64,000 nt of DNA from the human T2T-CHM13v2.0 reference genome, Homo sapiens, in assembly GCF_009914755.1 (NCBI RefSeq), contig NC_060944.1, one strand, 5' to 3'. Of this stretch, positions 1 to 16,288 are shown one piece after another (within the stretch, counting starts at the first letter, position 1; each line of letters starts with the position of its first letter). A program made the translations under genes and the position numbers. The notes under the pieces were generated by a model that was not told where the DNA came from, ran no database searches, and saw only the letters and a program-made list of their open reading frames with translations.

Positions 1-88
1 GTAGTCTCAAACCCTTGACCTTAAGCAATCCTCCTGCCTCAGCATCCCAAAGTGCTGGGATTACAGGCATGAGCCACTGCACCTGGCC
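1..88 (-). mobile_element. Alu 5' (left-arm) end, cut by the window edge
   Basis: cccaaagtgctgggattacaggcatgagccactgcacctggcc is the reverse complement of the Alu 5' end. Confidence 0.95.
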
Positions 89-349
89 TATGCTGGTTTC
101 AAAACACGCTTTGCTCATGGCTTGACCACACTTGGTCAGCGTGGCTGAGAGGAGTGGAGTGAGTGTTCCTGGGACGCACTAGGAGGGTAATGAGGAAGGG
201 TCAGCAGAGCTGGGGCCTGGGGTTAGACAGAGGCCACGCTGCAAAGAACCTGCCTCCAGGCAAATAGCTTGTTTTGTGCTATTTCTAAATAACCACTCCT
301 CACACCCATCAAAGCCTTCATGGGGGTACCACACACAACCACCCCTAGC

Positions 350-470
350 TGTTCATTCATTCATTCGTTCGTTCAACAAATATTTACTGAGCACCTGCTA
401 TGTGCCAGGCACTGTCTCAGGCACTGGGGAAACAGCAGGGACCTCGGTGGTGACACAGACAATAAAGCAG
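350..470 (-). mobile_element. L2 LINE 3' end fragment
   Basis: ttcattcattcattc...caacaaatatttactgagcacctgctatgtgccaggcactg, the typical antisense L2 terminus. Confidence 0.85.
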
Positions 471-484
471 CAGCAAGTTCATTA

Positions 485-968
485 CTGTGAACCCTTGAAC
501 AATGCGGGGGTTGGGGTGCCGACCCCTTACCCCGTGCAGTGGAAAATTCTTGCATAACTTTAAAACTTAACTAACCGCTTCACTGTTGGCCAAAGCCTTA
601 CTGATTACATAAACACTTGATTCACAGATATTTTATATGTTTTATGCATTATATACTGTGTTCTTATAATAAAGCTGCAGAAAAGAGAATGTTATTACGA
701 AAATCATAAGGAAGAGAAAGTCTATTTATTATTCATTAAGTGGAAGTGGATCATCACAAAGGTCTTCATCCTCGTTGTCTTCATGTTTAGGCTGGGGAGG
801 AAGAGGAGGGGTTGGTTTTGCTCTCTCAGGGGTGGCAGAGGCGAAAGAGGTGGAGGAGGTGGAAGGGGAGGTAAGAGAGGCAGACACACTTGGTGTAATT
901 TTATCACAAAAAATCTGCGTATAAGTGGTCCCGCACAGTTGAAACATGTGTTGTCGAAGGGTTGACTG
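485..968 (-). mobile_element. Tigger2a (MER28-type) Tc1/mariner-pogo DNA transposon MITE
   Basis: Terminal inverted repeats ctgtgaacccttgaacaa ... ttgtcgaagggttgactg; TA at 483-484; internal acidic HEDNEDEDLCDDPLPLNE remnant on the minus strand. Confidence 0.9.
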
Positions 969-2359
969 TCATTCATTAATTACCCATTGTCATCCATGCA
1001 ATGAAGGTCCAGGGTGTTGGGGGGCACTGTAGAGAGGGCAGTTAGGGAAGGCCTCTGTGCGGGGCTGACGTTTTAGGTTGAGAGCTGAAGGCTGGGGAGG
1101 AAGCAGATGTGGAAGATGGGGAACAGTGTGCTGAGGCTCAGAGTGGGGGAAAAGTGCCATAGGATTGTGGACTGTGGACTGTGGACCAGAAAGAGGACTC
1201 CCATTCCTGCCACTCCTGCCCCAAGAAGGGGGAGCAGGTATGTGGGGAGGGCGGGGCGAGGTGGTCCTGGCCAGCTGAGAAGTAGTGTTGGAACATGAGG
1301 GTGCTTTAGCCCCGGGTTAGGAAATGGGGGGCCATGGAGGGGTGGGGGCGAGGAGTGACACGGGCTGACTTAGGATGTGTAAGCGCCTTGTGGCTCCAGT
1401 GTGGACTGCAAGTGGGGGCAGGTAGGGGCTGTGGGTGGCTGCAGGGAGCCCAGGTAAGAGGTGCTGGCTGCTTGGTCTGAGGAGGGAGGGATGAGGCCTG
1501 AGCCAAGGGCAGACCCAGATATATCTAGCGCAGGGAGTGCACCTCACACAGGCTGACTTCTGGGTATTTGGAGACTCCCTCTGGGCCAGGGCAGGGACTT
1601 TTCTCCCATTCAATAGGTGGGAACACTGAGGCCTCCAAAGTGAAGTGATGTGCCTGAGTTCTCTCCGGCAGGTGCAGCGCTACACAAGGCCTCTGCCCAC
1701 CTTTGTGGCCTGGCTGGACCAGGGATCTTGTCCCTCAAGAAGTAAGCGAGTCCAGCTCAGGAGAGAACCCAGCCCTGCAGGTGCTCAGGGCAGACACAGC
1801 CTCGATTTACAGTGAACCCCTCCCCTGGACTGGACAAGGAGGGCTCAGAGAGGCTTGAGATGGAGCGGGGCTTGGGAGGAGGCTGCAGTCAGGTGGGGGA
1901 AGAAGATGAGAGGCCCGAGCACAGTTACATAATGACAATCAGCAGCAGCTGAGGACAGGCAGCTTTGATGGTGGTGGTGGTGGTGAGGTGGGGCGGGGTG
2001 GGGTCGGGGGTAGCAAGAGTGATCAGAGAGGCCTTCCTGGAGGAGGTGAGGAAACCACAGACCAAAGACGTGGCCAGCAGGGTGTGAGAGATGCCAGTGA
2101 GAGTGGAGGGTGGGTTTGCGTGGGAGAGACCATCTAGGTGAGAGGATGGGGTGTGGGTGTTTTAGGATTAGGGGTGAAGCCTCATCATCTAGGCTGGGAG
2201 GCAGGAGGCCTGGCCTGTGGCCCCAGTTCTTCCCTGAGTGATCAGCTGCCTAGAGTGGCCAGTCACATCCCCTCTGGAGAGCCCTTTCCCCTAACTGAGC
2301 CTCGAGGGGGTCCTGGTTGTGGCAAAACAAGCATTCCCCATTCATGGTAAAAATAATCT

Positions 2360-3150
2360 CTCCAACCCTCTTAGAAGATCTGTAATTTCTTTCATTTCTT
2401 TCATATGGTATATGTTAAAAAGTAGTTAATTATTTGGATAGCATACTGTTAAAGACTGTATTACAAAGTTCATGTTTAATGCAGAAAAAGACATTTTTAT
2501 AATCTTGTCTCTTGAAAAAGAGATACACACAATTTCTTGTGAATTAATTTCTTTTGAATTAATTATGTAATAAACGGTACAATTTGTTGACAAATATATC
2601 TTTGAAGGACATCTCATGATTAATTTTGGGGAATAAATGCATATGAAAGTGTAGATTGATGTTTCATTCTGTACGTAATTGAAAAACTGCTTTCATAGCC
2701 GGATGAGAGGGATTTGTGTGTTTTGTGCCTAAAATAAAAGCCATGGGATTATTGGTGAATTTGGAGGTTTTGTTTCAAATTGACTATAAATAGGAGAGAA
2801 GGCTCCAAGCTGATGTTGGTAAGACCCACTCAGGAAACCCATTGTGGCGTGAATAGCTTTTTTCCCCTCCAATAAATGAAAAGTTAAATTGGTTGTGCCC
2901 ATCTCTGTATTTTCTCTCTTTGTAATTGGTTTTTGTGGTGCTGGAAACATATGGATGTGTTTTATAAGAATTCTGATCAGATGGCACCAATGAAAGGTAG
3001 CACGAGGCACATCCAGTGAATTATCATTTCAGCGGTGCCCATTCACTTGTATTTCAACTTCACTGTCCCTGGCTTCCTGTTCTTAGCTAATATTCTGTTG
3101 TGGGTATAAATGAAACAGGTATGAGTAAGAATGTGAGCAACTGGAACTGT
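2360..3150 (-). mobile_element. hAT-Charlie (Buster/ZBED5-like) transposase fossil
   Basis: AT-rich block. Minus-strand peptides RKYRDGHNQFNFSFIG, SLEPSLL, QFETKP and LSTNCTV resemble Charlie N-terminal motifs RKY..Y..FGF, SMKPS.L.RHLETKH and LSNNTV; frameshifted. Confidence 0.6.
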
Positions 3151-3299
3151 CAAACAGTCAACATCCTACAAACAAATGTAAAATTACAACAGTGATAAGA
3201 TTCATAAGATGCTTATAACACTGGAATATAGTCGGTGGCCAACAAAGGTTAGCCACGGTGATGATGATGAGGGGTGCTCAGAGAGGGAGTGCTCTGGAG

Positions 3300-3485
3300 C
3301 TGAACTGCTGTGTGACCATGGGCAAGCTGCTTACCCTTTCTGTGCTTCAGTTTCTTCATTTGCAACATGGAGACAATTAAGGTATATGCCTCATAGGTTC
3401 GTTGTAAGGTTTAAATGAATGAACGTAAAAAGTGCTTAGAGTGTTCTGAGCAAATGGTAAGAGCTAAAAAATGTTACCTATTTTT
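3300..3485 (+). mobile_element. MIR
   Basis: tgtgaccatgggcaag...ctgtgcttcagtttcttcatttgcaacatgg core and the MIR 3' end. Confidence 0.85.
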
Positions 3486-3509
3486 AAAAATCATTATCAC
3501 TGTTATTCT

Positions 3510-4090
3510 CATAATTAGTCAAGGAAGGCTTCCCAGAAGAAATGACTTGGAGCTGAGCTGTAGCAGTAGCAAGGCAACAATGGAGGCATAAGCATTCCAG
3601 GCAGAAGGAACAGCATGTACGAAAGTCGTATGGTGGGAACAGACCGTGGTACATTTGGGGAGCCGAACAGGGCTAGTGGGGCTGGAGCAGAGTGATCAAG
3701 GAGGAGTGGGAGGAGACCTGAGGCTGGAGAGATCAGCTGGGGGCCTGAGGAGGTAGGGCCTGGGGGCTTTTTTTTAGGGCTGTTAGTCTTTATGCTGGAA
3801 GCAATAAATGCCAACAAGGGGTTTGTAAGCAGTGGGGAGGCAAGGTCTCCCTGTTGATTTGCAAAGCTCCCTCTAGTGGTTTTGGGGAGGGCTGAGGATG
3901 GCGGATGAGGGCTTTTGGTGGGGTGGGGCTGGGAGGGATGGAGAGATGATTGCAGAGAGGAGTCTAAGATGCGCGCCCGCAGGAGTTGGTGATGCATGTG
4001 GTGGTTGTGAAGGGTGAGGAAGAGAAAGGGGACAAGGACAACGCCCCTCTCTTTTGGTTTGTGTAGCCACTGGGTGGGTAGTGGTGCCTG
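3510..4090 (-). mobile_element. L2 fragment
   Basis: ggaaggcttcccagaaga...agcattccaggcagaaggaacagcatgt, typical of antisense L2. Confidence 0.7.
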
Positions 4091-4401
4091 AGAATGATGG
4101 TGTGGGGGGTGAGATTACTTCTCTGAGCCTCAGCTTCCTTATTTGTGCTCCCAGCCTGTGGTGGGGATTATTAAGTGAGAGAATGCATGAAAGAGCGGTC
4201 AGCGCAGCCCCCACAACGTGTCTTTTTCCCCCAGACTCATCACCTGGGATCTGCTTCCTTCCTACCACGGCATTGGTGGAATGGAAGGTAAATATCACTC
4301 ACGCCCAAGTCCCTGGATCTTGTTTCCTCATCTATACGATAGGGACAAGGGCCCTTAACCTACAGGTTTCTATGAGATTTACAGGATGACACTTTATGTG
4401 A

Positions 4402-4795
<394 letters not shown>

Positions 4796-4971
4796 CTGAC
4801 ATAGGTACATTTACGTGCATGAAACATACGTGTACATACTTGTGCTCACACATTCCTCCTGCCAATTTCTTCCCTCAACACACGCATACATGCACACACT
4901 TACACACACATTTATGGTACCCACCTCCACACATCCCTTGAAAAATTCAAACTCAGAAGGTCTCTAGAGCC

Positions 4972-5313
4972 CCACTTGCTATCAATGAAAATACAATGCA
5001 AACCATATATATCATTTTAAGGTATCTTGTAGACACATTAAAAGTACAAAGTAAAAGTACACATTAAAAGTACAAAGAAACACTGAAATTAATTTTAATA
5101 CGACATTTCATTTAACCCAATATGTCTAAAATATCATTTCAACATGTAATCAAAACAAAATTTGTTTGAAACTTATTCAAACTTATTTTGATATTCTTGG
5201 TGGGATTTTTTGTGCGGTCTTAAAAATCCATGTGTATTTTACACTTACAAGACGAGTCACATTTCAAGGGCACAATCACCACATGTAGCTTGTGCTATGA
5301 CACTGGATAGCAC
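4972..5313. mobile_element. MER33 (hAT-Charlie MITE)
   Basis: gaaattaattttaata...tttaacccaatatgtctaaaatatcatttcaacatgtaatcaa...gtgtattttacacttaca...cacatttcaag match the recalled MER33 consensus. Confidence 0.8.
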
Positions 5314-6179
5314 AATTAGGGATTATCTACTCAGAACCCTCATTCAACAGATGGGGAAACTGAGGCCCTGAGTGGGGCAGTGACTGGCCCTGAAGAATGC
5401 AGCCTGGCCGCTTTATCCCACAACACCCTGCTGTGTAAGGTATCCAAGGCCCCCATCTACCCCTGCTGTCTGCAGAGTGGCCCCGGCAAAGCTCCATACC
5501 TGGCCTTCCAGAAGAGGTGCTGCCCATGCATTAATCAGGCTGGGGGTGGCCTGCAAAGCCTACTCGTCTATCATTCTCTCCTGGGGGTGCATCATTTGGA
5601 AGCATCAGGGTTCCCTGCAGGGAGGGAACACTTGAGTCCTCCCCCTTTTCTTACAGCCCCCACATGGGGTGGCTGGAATGCAACCACGTGGAAGCCAGGC
5701 AAGGCTGGGACAAGGGGAACATGGTGACTCTATCTCCCTGGTGGGCCTGGTCCTGGGGTCAGGAAATTCATTCTGCCTGCCTTGGTTCTGCCATTAGCTA
5801 CTGAGGCCAGAGTTCACGGACAGTGGGCAGCTGACCCAGATCCCATATCTCTTCCCAGCTGTGAAAGCTTCTCTGCCAATCAGCCACCAGAGTCTTCAAG
5901 GCTAAATAAGAGGTAATGAGTCCGCTAGAAAAATGGGTCAGAGGCCAATTAACTCAGGCTCAGATGTGGCTGAGAGCCTGCTTTAACTATGGCAATGCCT
6001 ACAGCACGAGGCAGAGCTGGGGGATTGGACCTTTCGAGAGAGGGGTTGAAGATGGAGCCTCAAATGTCTGAGGGGCCCAGGGCTTGCGGGTGAATCAGAG
6101 TCCCAGGCCAGCTTCCTGGGGACTTGCTACCTGCCCTGCCACCTGGCCCTTGGAAAGCAGACAAGGGCATATGCCACAT

Positions 6180-6365
6180 ACTCAATGCTTTGAGTATCAT
6201 CTCATTTAACCCTTTCAACAACACGGTGTGAGATGCTGTACAGTGGCTGTCCCCATTTTATAGATGAGGAAACTGAAGTGCAGCAGGGGAGGGAACCTGC
6301 CCAGAGTCTCACAGTCAGTAATGGGAGGAGCTGGGATTCACACCCAGGTGAGCTTGACTCTGGGG
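6180..6365 (-). mobile_element. MIR
   Basis: tcatttaacc...ccccattttatagatgaggaaactgaag antisense MIR core. Confidence 0.85.
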
Positions 6366-6654
6366 TAGGGCTAGAAGGTGCACTTTCTGTTATAGTTTCA
6401 CCCAGGGTCAAAGCCAGGCTCATTTAGGCCAGGCTCTTTCGTGCAGCCAGATGTCTCTCTGAGCTCTTGTTCCAGAGAGCCAGCTGCACTGGGAGGTATC
6501 TCTGTAGGTCCTGGGTGCCTCATACCCTCCACACTCAAACCTGAGCTCCCCTGACCTGCCCCTGCCCTGTCCGCCTCATGGAGACAGGAGACTGTCCACA
6601 TGGAATTAGACTCCCAAAGCCATTCTGATCTCCTGCTGCTCCCTCAACCTCATA

Positions 6655-7790
6655 CGCAGTGATCCATGCAACAAACATACACTGAGCATCTGTGATGTGC
6701 CAGGCACTGATCTACGTTCAAAGGAGGAACCAGTGGACAAAATCAACAAACATTCCTACGTTCCATCTCTCAGGGGCTGACTCAAGAGGAAACATGAATA
6801 AGCAAATGATGTGCCCCGGGGACTGCCTTGGAGGATGTGGAGCAGGGTGAGGAACTGGGAATCTTGGAGGAGGTTGCAATATTTATTGGGGTAGTCGGAG
6901 TGTGCCTTATTGAGAAGCTGACCCTTGAGCAAGATTTTAAAGGATCAAGAGAATGAGTCATGGGGGTATTGAAGGGAAGAGCATTCCAAAGAAGGGGAAC
7001 AGCCAGTGCAAAGGTCCTGAGGAAGAAATGGCGCTTGCAAGCTCAAGGAATAGCAGAGTGTGGGTGAAGAGGAAGGAGTAGGAAGAGGAGAGAGATCTTA
7101 GCAGGAGATGAGGTCAGAGAGAAGACAGGGAGCGGGCAGATCATGCGGGGCCTTGTAGAACAATGCAAGGCCTGGCTTTGACCCTGGGTGAAATGATGCC
7201 ATCTGATTTACCTTCAAAAAGGCTCACTTGGAGAGGGGAGGCAGGGAGGCCAGTGAGGTGGCTGCAGCCAAATTCAGGTAAGAGAGGAGAGGGTGGCTGG
7301 GACCGGGGAGAAGGGGTCAGATTTGAGTGTGTTGTGAAGACCGAGCTGCCAAGGCCTCCTGATGGGTTGGACAGGTTGACAATTGAGAAGGGGGAGTCTG
7401 CAGGTGGGGCAGGTTTGGGGAAAGATCAGGAGTCCCGCTTTGGAGCTGTGATGTGGAAAGCCCTCCTAGACATCCCAGTGGAGCTGTTGAGAGAGTCAGG
7501 TTTATGGGCTTCCAGATGGGGACAGAGGTCTAGGCTAGAGTGGCTGGCATGTGGGTAGATATGGTCACCAAGGGCTGGCCCCCAGGGCCTTGGGGAGAAG
7601 AGGAGGGATGAACAGAGGCAATGAGAAGGAGTAGTTGCAGGGTTGGAGGAGAACTAGGAGAGCTGAGCTGTGCCGGGTCAGGTAAGATGAGGACTGAGCA
7701 TCGCCCAGGAGACTTAGCGATGTGGAGGTCATCAGGGGCCATGTGGGTGAGGCCTGGCAGGAGATCCTGTGTCTGAGCAATCTATACCTT
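6655..7790 (-). mobile_element. L2 (long fragment)
   Basis: actgagcatctgtgatgtgccaggcactg terminus followed by purine-rich antisense L2 body (gggaagagcattccaaag, ggtttggggaaagatcaggag). Confidence 0.8.
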
Positions 7791-7797
7791 TTATCCA

Positions 7798-8265
7798 TGT
7801 GGCAGGCTGAATAGCAGCCCCCATGAGGTGCCAGGCACTAATCCCTGCAGCCCCTAAATATTGATATTAGCTTATGTGGCAAAATGGTCTTTGTGGCTGT
7901 GATAAGGATTTTGAGATAGGAAAATTATCTGCTAATTTATGGGCCCTACATACAATCCTTATAAGAGAGAGGCAGAGGGAGATTTGACACAGACAGACAG
8001 ATGGCAATGTGACACCGAGGTAGAAATTGGAGTCATGCTGCTATAAGTTAAAAAGTGGCACAGCCACCAGAAGCTGGAGGAGGCAAGGAATGGATTCTGG
8101 CCTGGAGCCTCCAGAGGGAGCACAGTGCCCTTGACTCTTTAATTTCAGCCTAGTGATAATGACTTCAGACTTCTGGCCTCCAGAGCTGCGAGAGAATAAA
8201 TTTCTGTGGCTTTAAGCCATCATGTTTATGGTAATGTGTCATAGCAGCTACAGGAAACAAACACG
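7798..8265 (+). mobile_element. MLT1 (MLT1D-like) MaLR solo LTR
   Basis: Starts tgtggcaggctgaat; contains ccagaagctggaggaggcaagg and gacttctggcctccagagctgcgagagaataaatttctg. Confidence 0.85.
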
Positions 8266-8569
8266 CCCCTTCTGGCATCAGGTCCCCTACTTCCCACCCT
8301 CCTTAGTCATCCTCTGTCCCTCATCCAACAATTGTCACAGCCTCATCACCAGGCTCCTGCTCCAGGCTGCCCCAGCACCTGCCCTCCCCACACAGAACCT
8401 GATGGGGTAACTTCGATTCCTAATACCCTCTGCATGGAGCCCACATTCATTAGCCTGAAGCCCAGTGCTTTTCCTGATAAAGCCCTAACAGTCTCCACAC
8501 TCATTTCTCACCACTGGCTCCCACCACTTATGCTCCATAACCTCCATGCAATTTTCCTTTGCTACATGT

Positions 8570-9190
<621 letters not shown>

Positions 9191-10625
9191 TCAGAAGGAG
9201 AGGTCAGTGATATAGGAGAAAAGAAAGCCAGGAGCACATGATATCTCTGAGGCCAAGAGAGTTAAGTGTTTCTTAAAAATATAGAAACTTCTGAATCATC
9301 CATTGTAAAAATGAGTCAAGTCTAGGTATAATGCTAATGTATTTTTATTGCATAAAACTTTTTCGGGGATTTGATTATTGGCATGGCCTACCTGTGAGCC
9401 ACAATATTTATTCAACAAAAGACCCATTCAGCTAGTTCCGCCAAACTCTTACATTCTCTGTAGATGAGGACGCCTTAAGTGCTGAGCCCTGCGCTATGCT
9501 TCATGCTGTGATTTTCCCACCAACCCTTTCCATGGGGTCTAGGGGCAGGTAAACAGAGTGGCCCCTCACCGTTTCCTGATCCCATTTCCAGGAAGTAACT
9601 AGCAGGAAAAGCTTGATGTGTAGCATGGTGTGTCTATATAAGGAGACACAAAGCTATGTCATTTTGAAAGTGGTAGTCCACGAATCCTATTATCTCGCAA
9701 CTGTTCTCCCTCCCCAGTCCCAGTCATCTGTGGACATCTTTCCATGTCATTATTGAAAGATCTGTGTCATTTCTCCCATCACTTTAGGGCCACCTCATCC
9801 CACCCCAGAGTAACTATGGAGACCAGTTTACTGTGCGCCTTTCCTGGTGTGTCTGATCTTAGTCTCACCATGATCTGTCTATATAAACATACACATATAT
9901 ACACACAAACAACGCTGTGGGGAGGGACGCACGCCCTGTCACAGAGCAGCAGCTGCTTTCTGCAGACCAGCTCTCTCACCTGGGAGTCCCCCACAACCCA
10001 TTCCCAGCCTCTAAGAAGCCCACGAGCAGGTGTGGGCTCTCCAGGGAGGTCGTGGTGGGGAAAGCAGCCCTTTCTGTGAGAGATGAGAGCGGGGAGCTGG
10101 GGATGGGCGTGTTAATAGTCCTCTCTTGCAACCTACACATGCTACTTTAGTTTTAGCAGGTCATGGCATCACACTTGAGTATCGGCCTGCGTCTTGCTTC
10201 CTTCACTCACCAGCTTATCTTAGAGCACTCTCCATGTGGAAATGTACAGGTCCACCCCATTGTGAGTGAGGGCTTCATAGAATTCAACAGGATGGCCAGG
10301 TCACACTGTATCCAGCTTCCCTCCCAGGGATGGATCCCCATGCAGTTCCGATCTTCTCCTTGCACGTTTGGAGGCTGGGGCTATTATCAATATCTTTACA
10401 CACTAAACATTTACTTTGTGTAGGTAGATTCCTACACAAGTAGTAGGATTGCTAGATCAAAGGGCAAGGACATTTAAGATTGTAATTGATGCTGCTGCCG
10501 AGTTATTTTTTGCTATTATGGTAGCAAGTCACACTCGTCCTCCGTGCGGGTGAATGGATCCAGATGCACGTGGTTGTCAGTCCAGGCAGGGAAGTGGATG
10601 AGTAGGGAGGCACAAGGGAGCTTAA

Positions 10626-10949
<324 letters not shown>

Positions 10950-10953
10950 TGCC

Positions 10954-11083
10954 TTTTTTTTTTTTTAAGAGACAGGATCTCACTATGTTGCCCAGGCTGG
11001 TCTCAAACTCCTGGGCTTGAGCGATCTACCCACCTCAGCCTCCCAAAGTGCTGGGATTAGAGGCATGAGGCACCGTGCCTGGC
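10954..11083 (-). mobile_element. FLAM (free left Alu monomer)
   Basis: Monomer with its own poly-T; ctcctgggcttgagcgatc. Confidence 0.85.
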
Positions 11084-11621
11084 GTGAGTTCTGCTTTGCA
11101 GAAAGGATGCTGGGGGTGAGATGTATCAAAGACAGTGCAGCGGAGTGGATGTCACTCCCTCCCACCCCTATGTGGACTTCTTTCCTATTCTTCTTTTCTT
11201 GTGGGCCTTCTTATATTCCTGGGCAAGAGGGAACATCCAGGGTCAGGCTAGTGAGCACCTCCTTACATTTTGCACTTTGTCCCAGACCTGGCAAAATCAT
11301 ACCCATTTTACAGATGAAGAAAGTAAGGCTCAGGGCAGTGCAACGAGTGTCCAAGATCACAGGACCTTTAGCTGTGTCCCTTCTCCGAGGACTCCTGTGG
11401 AATGTAAGGGAGGCAGGATGGGGTCCTCCAGGGAGAACAGCCTGGCCAATAAGCAGAAGGGGCCTGGAGTCGGGGTGATTCTGGGGGTGCCACTAACTTA
11501 GCTTGGCAATCCTGGCTCCCCACCTCTCAGGCCACAGCTATGGCACCTGGAAAATGGGTGGGTGGACTTAGATTAAGGGTTACAAAAAGAAATGGCTACA
11601 GAGGACCCAGGAGACAAGTAG

Positions 11622-12438
<817 letters not shown>

Positions 12439-12517
12439 AAAACTTGGGTTTTTCCAGCAGTATGGAGTTGTGAAAGGCTGGCCATTCGCGGGGTTTGGGA
12501 GCCATCCCTTAGGCCTC

Positions 12518-13030
12518 CTGGGACTCTCAACCCTTTGCAATCCTCATGATCAAACACTCCTGACCTTTCTGAGCCATGGGCCTCTTCTCTGAGCACATCT
12601 TTTAAATGCACAAAATAAAAATATATTAGATTACAAAGGATTCCAATTATGTTGAAACATGGTTATCAAAATATTAAAAACACTTTTGATATAGTAATAA
12701 ATGTACTTCTTCATTAATGCACTAAATAACAAGCGCTAGGGACAGGTCTAATTAGCATCTTAACTTTGAAGTGGTACTGGGTGTAAACGATCTATGGAGA
12801 TAGTAGCAATGACTGTAATGCGATATGAAAATATCTATATTTCTTTTGGTGACAAAGCCAAGAACACCACTAATACAACTGTGGTTTGTTGTTGACATTC
12901 GCAAGGGAAGGAAATGCTAACTTTCAGGGCAGTGGTGCTGAAGAGACAGATGTAATATTTTTTCCACCTCCCAAGATTACCAACTCCCTCCGTGAGGATC
13001 CCCTGTCATTCATGGGGTTAGGGGTGAACA
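12518..13030. mobile_element. MER119 (hAT-Charlie)
   Basis: tttaaatgcacaaaataaaa...gattacaaagg, atgaaaatatct...ttggtgacaaag and ggaaatgctaa match the recalled MER119 consensus. Confidence 0.75.
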
Positions 13031-13651
13031 GGACGGGGCTCGGACCCCAGGGTGAAGTGCTCATGACCAGAGGCCCTTCCATGGCTAAAACTAGGGGCGC
13101 AACAGGAGCTGATCCCCAGGGCAGGCCTCCCGCAGCAGGCAAACCTGAGATCTGGGAAGGGCCTGCCCTTCCTCCCTGCGGCCCTGGTGAGTCACAAAAC
13201 GTCCTTTCTCAGGAAGACCAAATATAAACAGTTCAGGATTATCTTGAGAACAAGATGTTTGTTTACTTTCTAAAATTGCAGACATGGCAAAGTGCTGAGG
13301 CCTACAACTGCAATTAATAATAATTTAGGCCCATCGCTCCCAGGGCAGAGCTGCATCTCCGTGTTAGAGACAAAGACCCATCTTTTCCTTGTTTTGTGTT
13401 CAGGCAACATGACGTTATTTCTCCCTAGTCATAGATATTTTTATTGCTTGTATCACCCCAGATTATACAAGCAATACATGCTCATTGTAAAAATTTCAAA
13501 ATACTACAGAAAGTAAAATTTTCCCCATTTTAACTCATTCCCAGAGAGAACCGCTAATAATGTATTCGATCCACTGTGCTTTTCGTCTCCATGCCTGTAC
13601 TCACACACATTACCGTTCATATAATTTCTTTTTCCAAATGGCATTCTGTGA

Positions 13652-14017
<366 letters not shown>

Positions 14018-15103
14018 TGATATGTCTGTCTCCTCAATTAGAAATTGGAGTTTCAGAAAAGGAAATACAGTACTTTATAAATCTTTTTAAATCAATGCGC
14101 CTTACCCAACAATTCATACATAATAGGATTCAACAAATATTTGCTGAGCTAGTGACCAAATTAATAAATACATAAATTTGTTTTTCAAAAAATAAATTGT
14201 GAACACCTTTGTATGTTCATTAAACAATACTTCATTGTTGCAGGGCTCCTGAGAGCTAAGTTGTAGGGACGTGACTGAATTTTTCAATGACCACTCACAG
14301 GTACATGGGTTGTTTCCAATTTTTCAAACCTGTTCTGCCCCAAACATCCTTAAAACATATATATCTTTGTATGCTTCTTTATGCATTTTTTAGACTCAAA
14401 GAAAGGCCTATTTAGATTGTACCAAATTACAAACCTATCACCACAGAATCTTTTTTATCTGTTCCCTCACCAACACTGAGTGTTTATTTATTTAGTGGAT
14501 GTGAATGCACTTTATTCAACAAAAATGAGGCCTATTTCAAATATGCCAAAGGTGCTTCTATAATTCTTTCTAGTAACATTTCTAATTGGATTTTTATTCT
14601 TTTGAATATTTCAAAAGATAATATACTTTGAACAATTTCAAGCTTGTGGAAAAATTGCTAGAACAATACATAGTACTACCATATAGCCCTCACCAAGATC
14701 ATCAAATTCTTAACATTTTATCACATTCTGGCTTGTGCGTGTGCTCTCTCTCTCTCTGTCTCTCTGTCTCTCTCTCCTTCCATTATTCTCTTTCTGAATC
14801 TTTGGAGGGCAAGCTGCACACATAGTATTCCATCATCTTTAAACACAGTCGTGTGTATTTCACCAGACCAAGTTCATTCTCTACCTAACCCCAATGCAAC
14901 CCTCCAAATCAAGAAATCAACATCAGTACAAACACCACCACCCAATCCATGGACCCCATTCAAGCGTCCCAACAATTTGTCTTTTCCCCTCTGGTCCAGA
15001 ACCTTCTCCAAGAACATGTATTGCATTTAGTTCTTGTGCATTTTCAGTTTCCTACAAGCTGGAACAGTTTCTCATTTTGCCCTGTCTTTTGAATCCTCAA
15101 TGG

Positions 15104-15416
<313 letters not shown>

Positions 15417-15644
15417 TCCTCAATGGTTTTAAAGGGCTCCATTCTCTAGGGTGATACTCAACTCAGATCCATCTGAAGTTTCCTTGTGTCCACACTCAGC
15501 CCATGTTCCTGGGCAAGGAGGCCGCAGGATGCTGCTGCATTATTTCAGTGTATCATCTCAGGAGGCACAAGACGGTGACCACCTCTGGAGGTGTTAATCT
15601 CGACCACCAGGTCATCTTGGTGCCTGCCAGGTTTCCCCAGCGTA

Positions 15645-15956
<312 letters not shown>

Positions 15957-16288
15957 TTAGGTTTCCCCACCATAAACTCACCATTTCCCTTTTGTAATTG
16001 ATTGGTATGTTGTGGGGAAGTTTCTGAGATGATGCCAATATTTTCTGTTCCTTGTTAAACCCCCTTCATGGATGACTTCTGGATCAGTCACCTTTGTGAT
16101 ATTGGCCAAATGGTAATTTTTGTATTCTCATCATTCCTTCTATACCTATGAGTTGATATTCTATTGTAAAAAAAGTCTTTTCCTTTTCCTTTTTGTATGT
16201 ACGGGTGTATTTATATCAGCAGGAGCTCATGGATTTCTATTTTATAATTCATTTCTATCATTACCTAGTTTGACGATCAGAATCTTGT

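Noticed and set aside
1100-2300. GC/G-rich stretch as a promoter CpG island
   Set aside because: CpG is depleted and there are only isolated GC boxes
3515-4389. 160-, 141- and 111-aa ORFs
   Set aside because: They lie in L2/MIR remnants with biased composition
13181-13194. CTG|GTGAGT donor overlapping an AP-1 site TGAGTCA
   Set aside because: A single short motif with no convincing upstream acceptor or promoter; expected by chance in 64 kb
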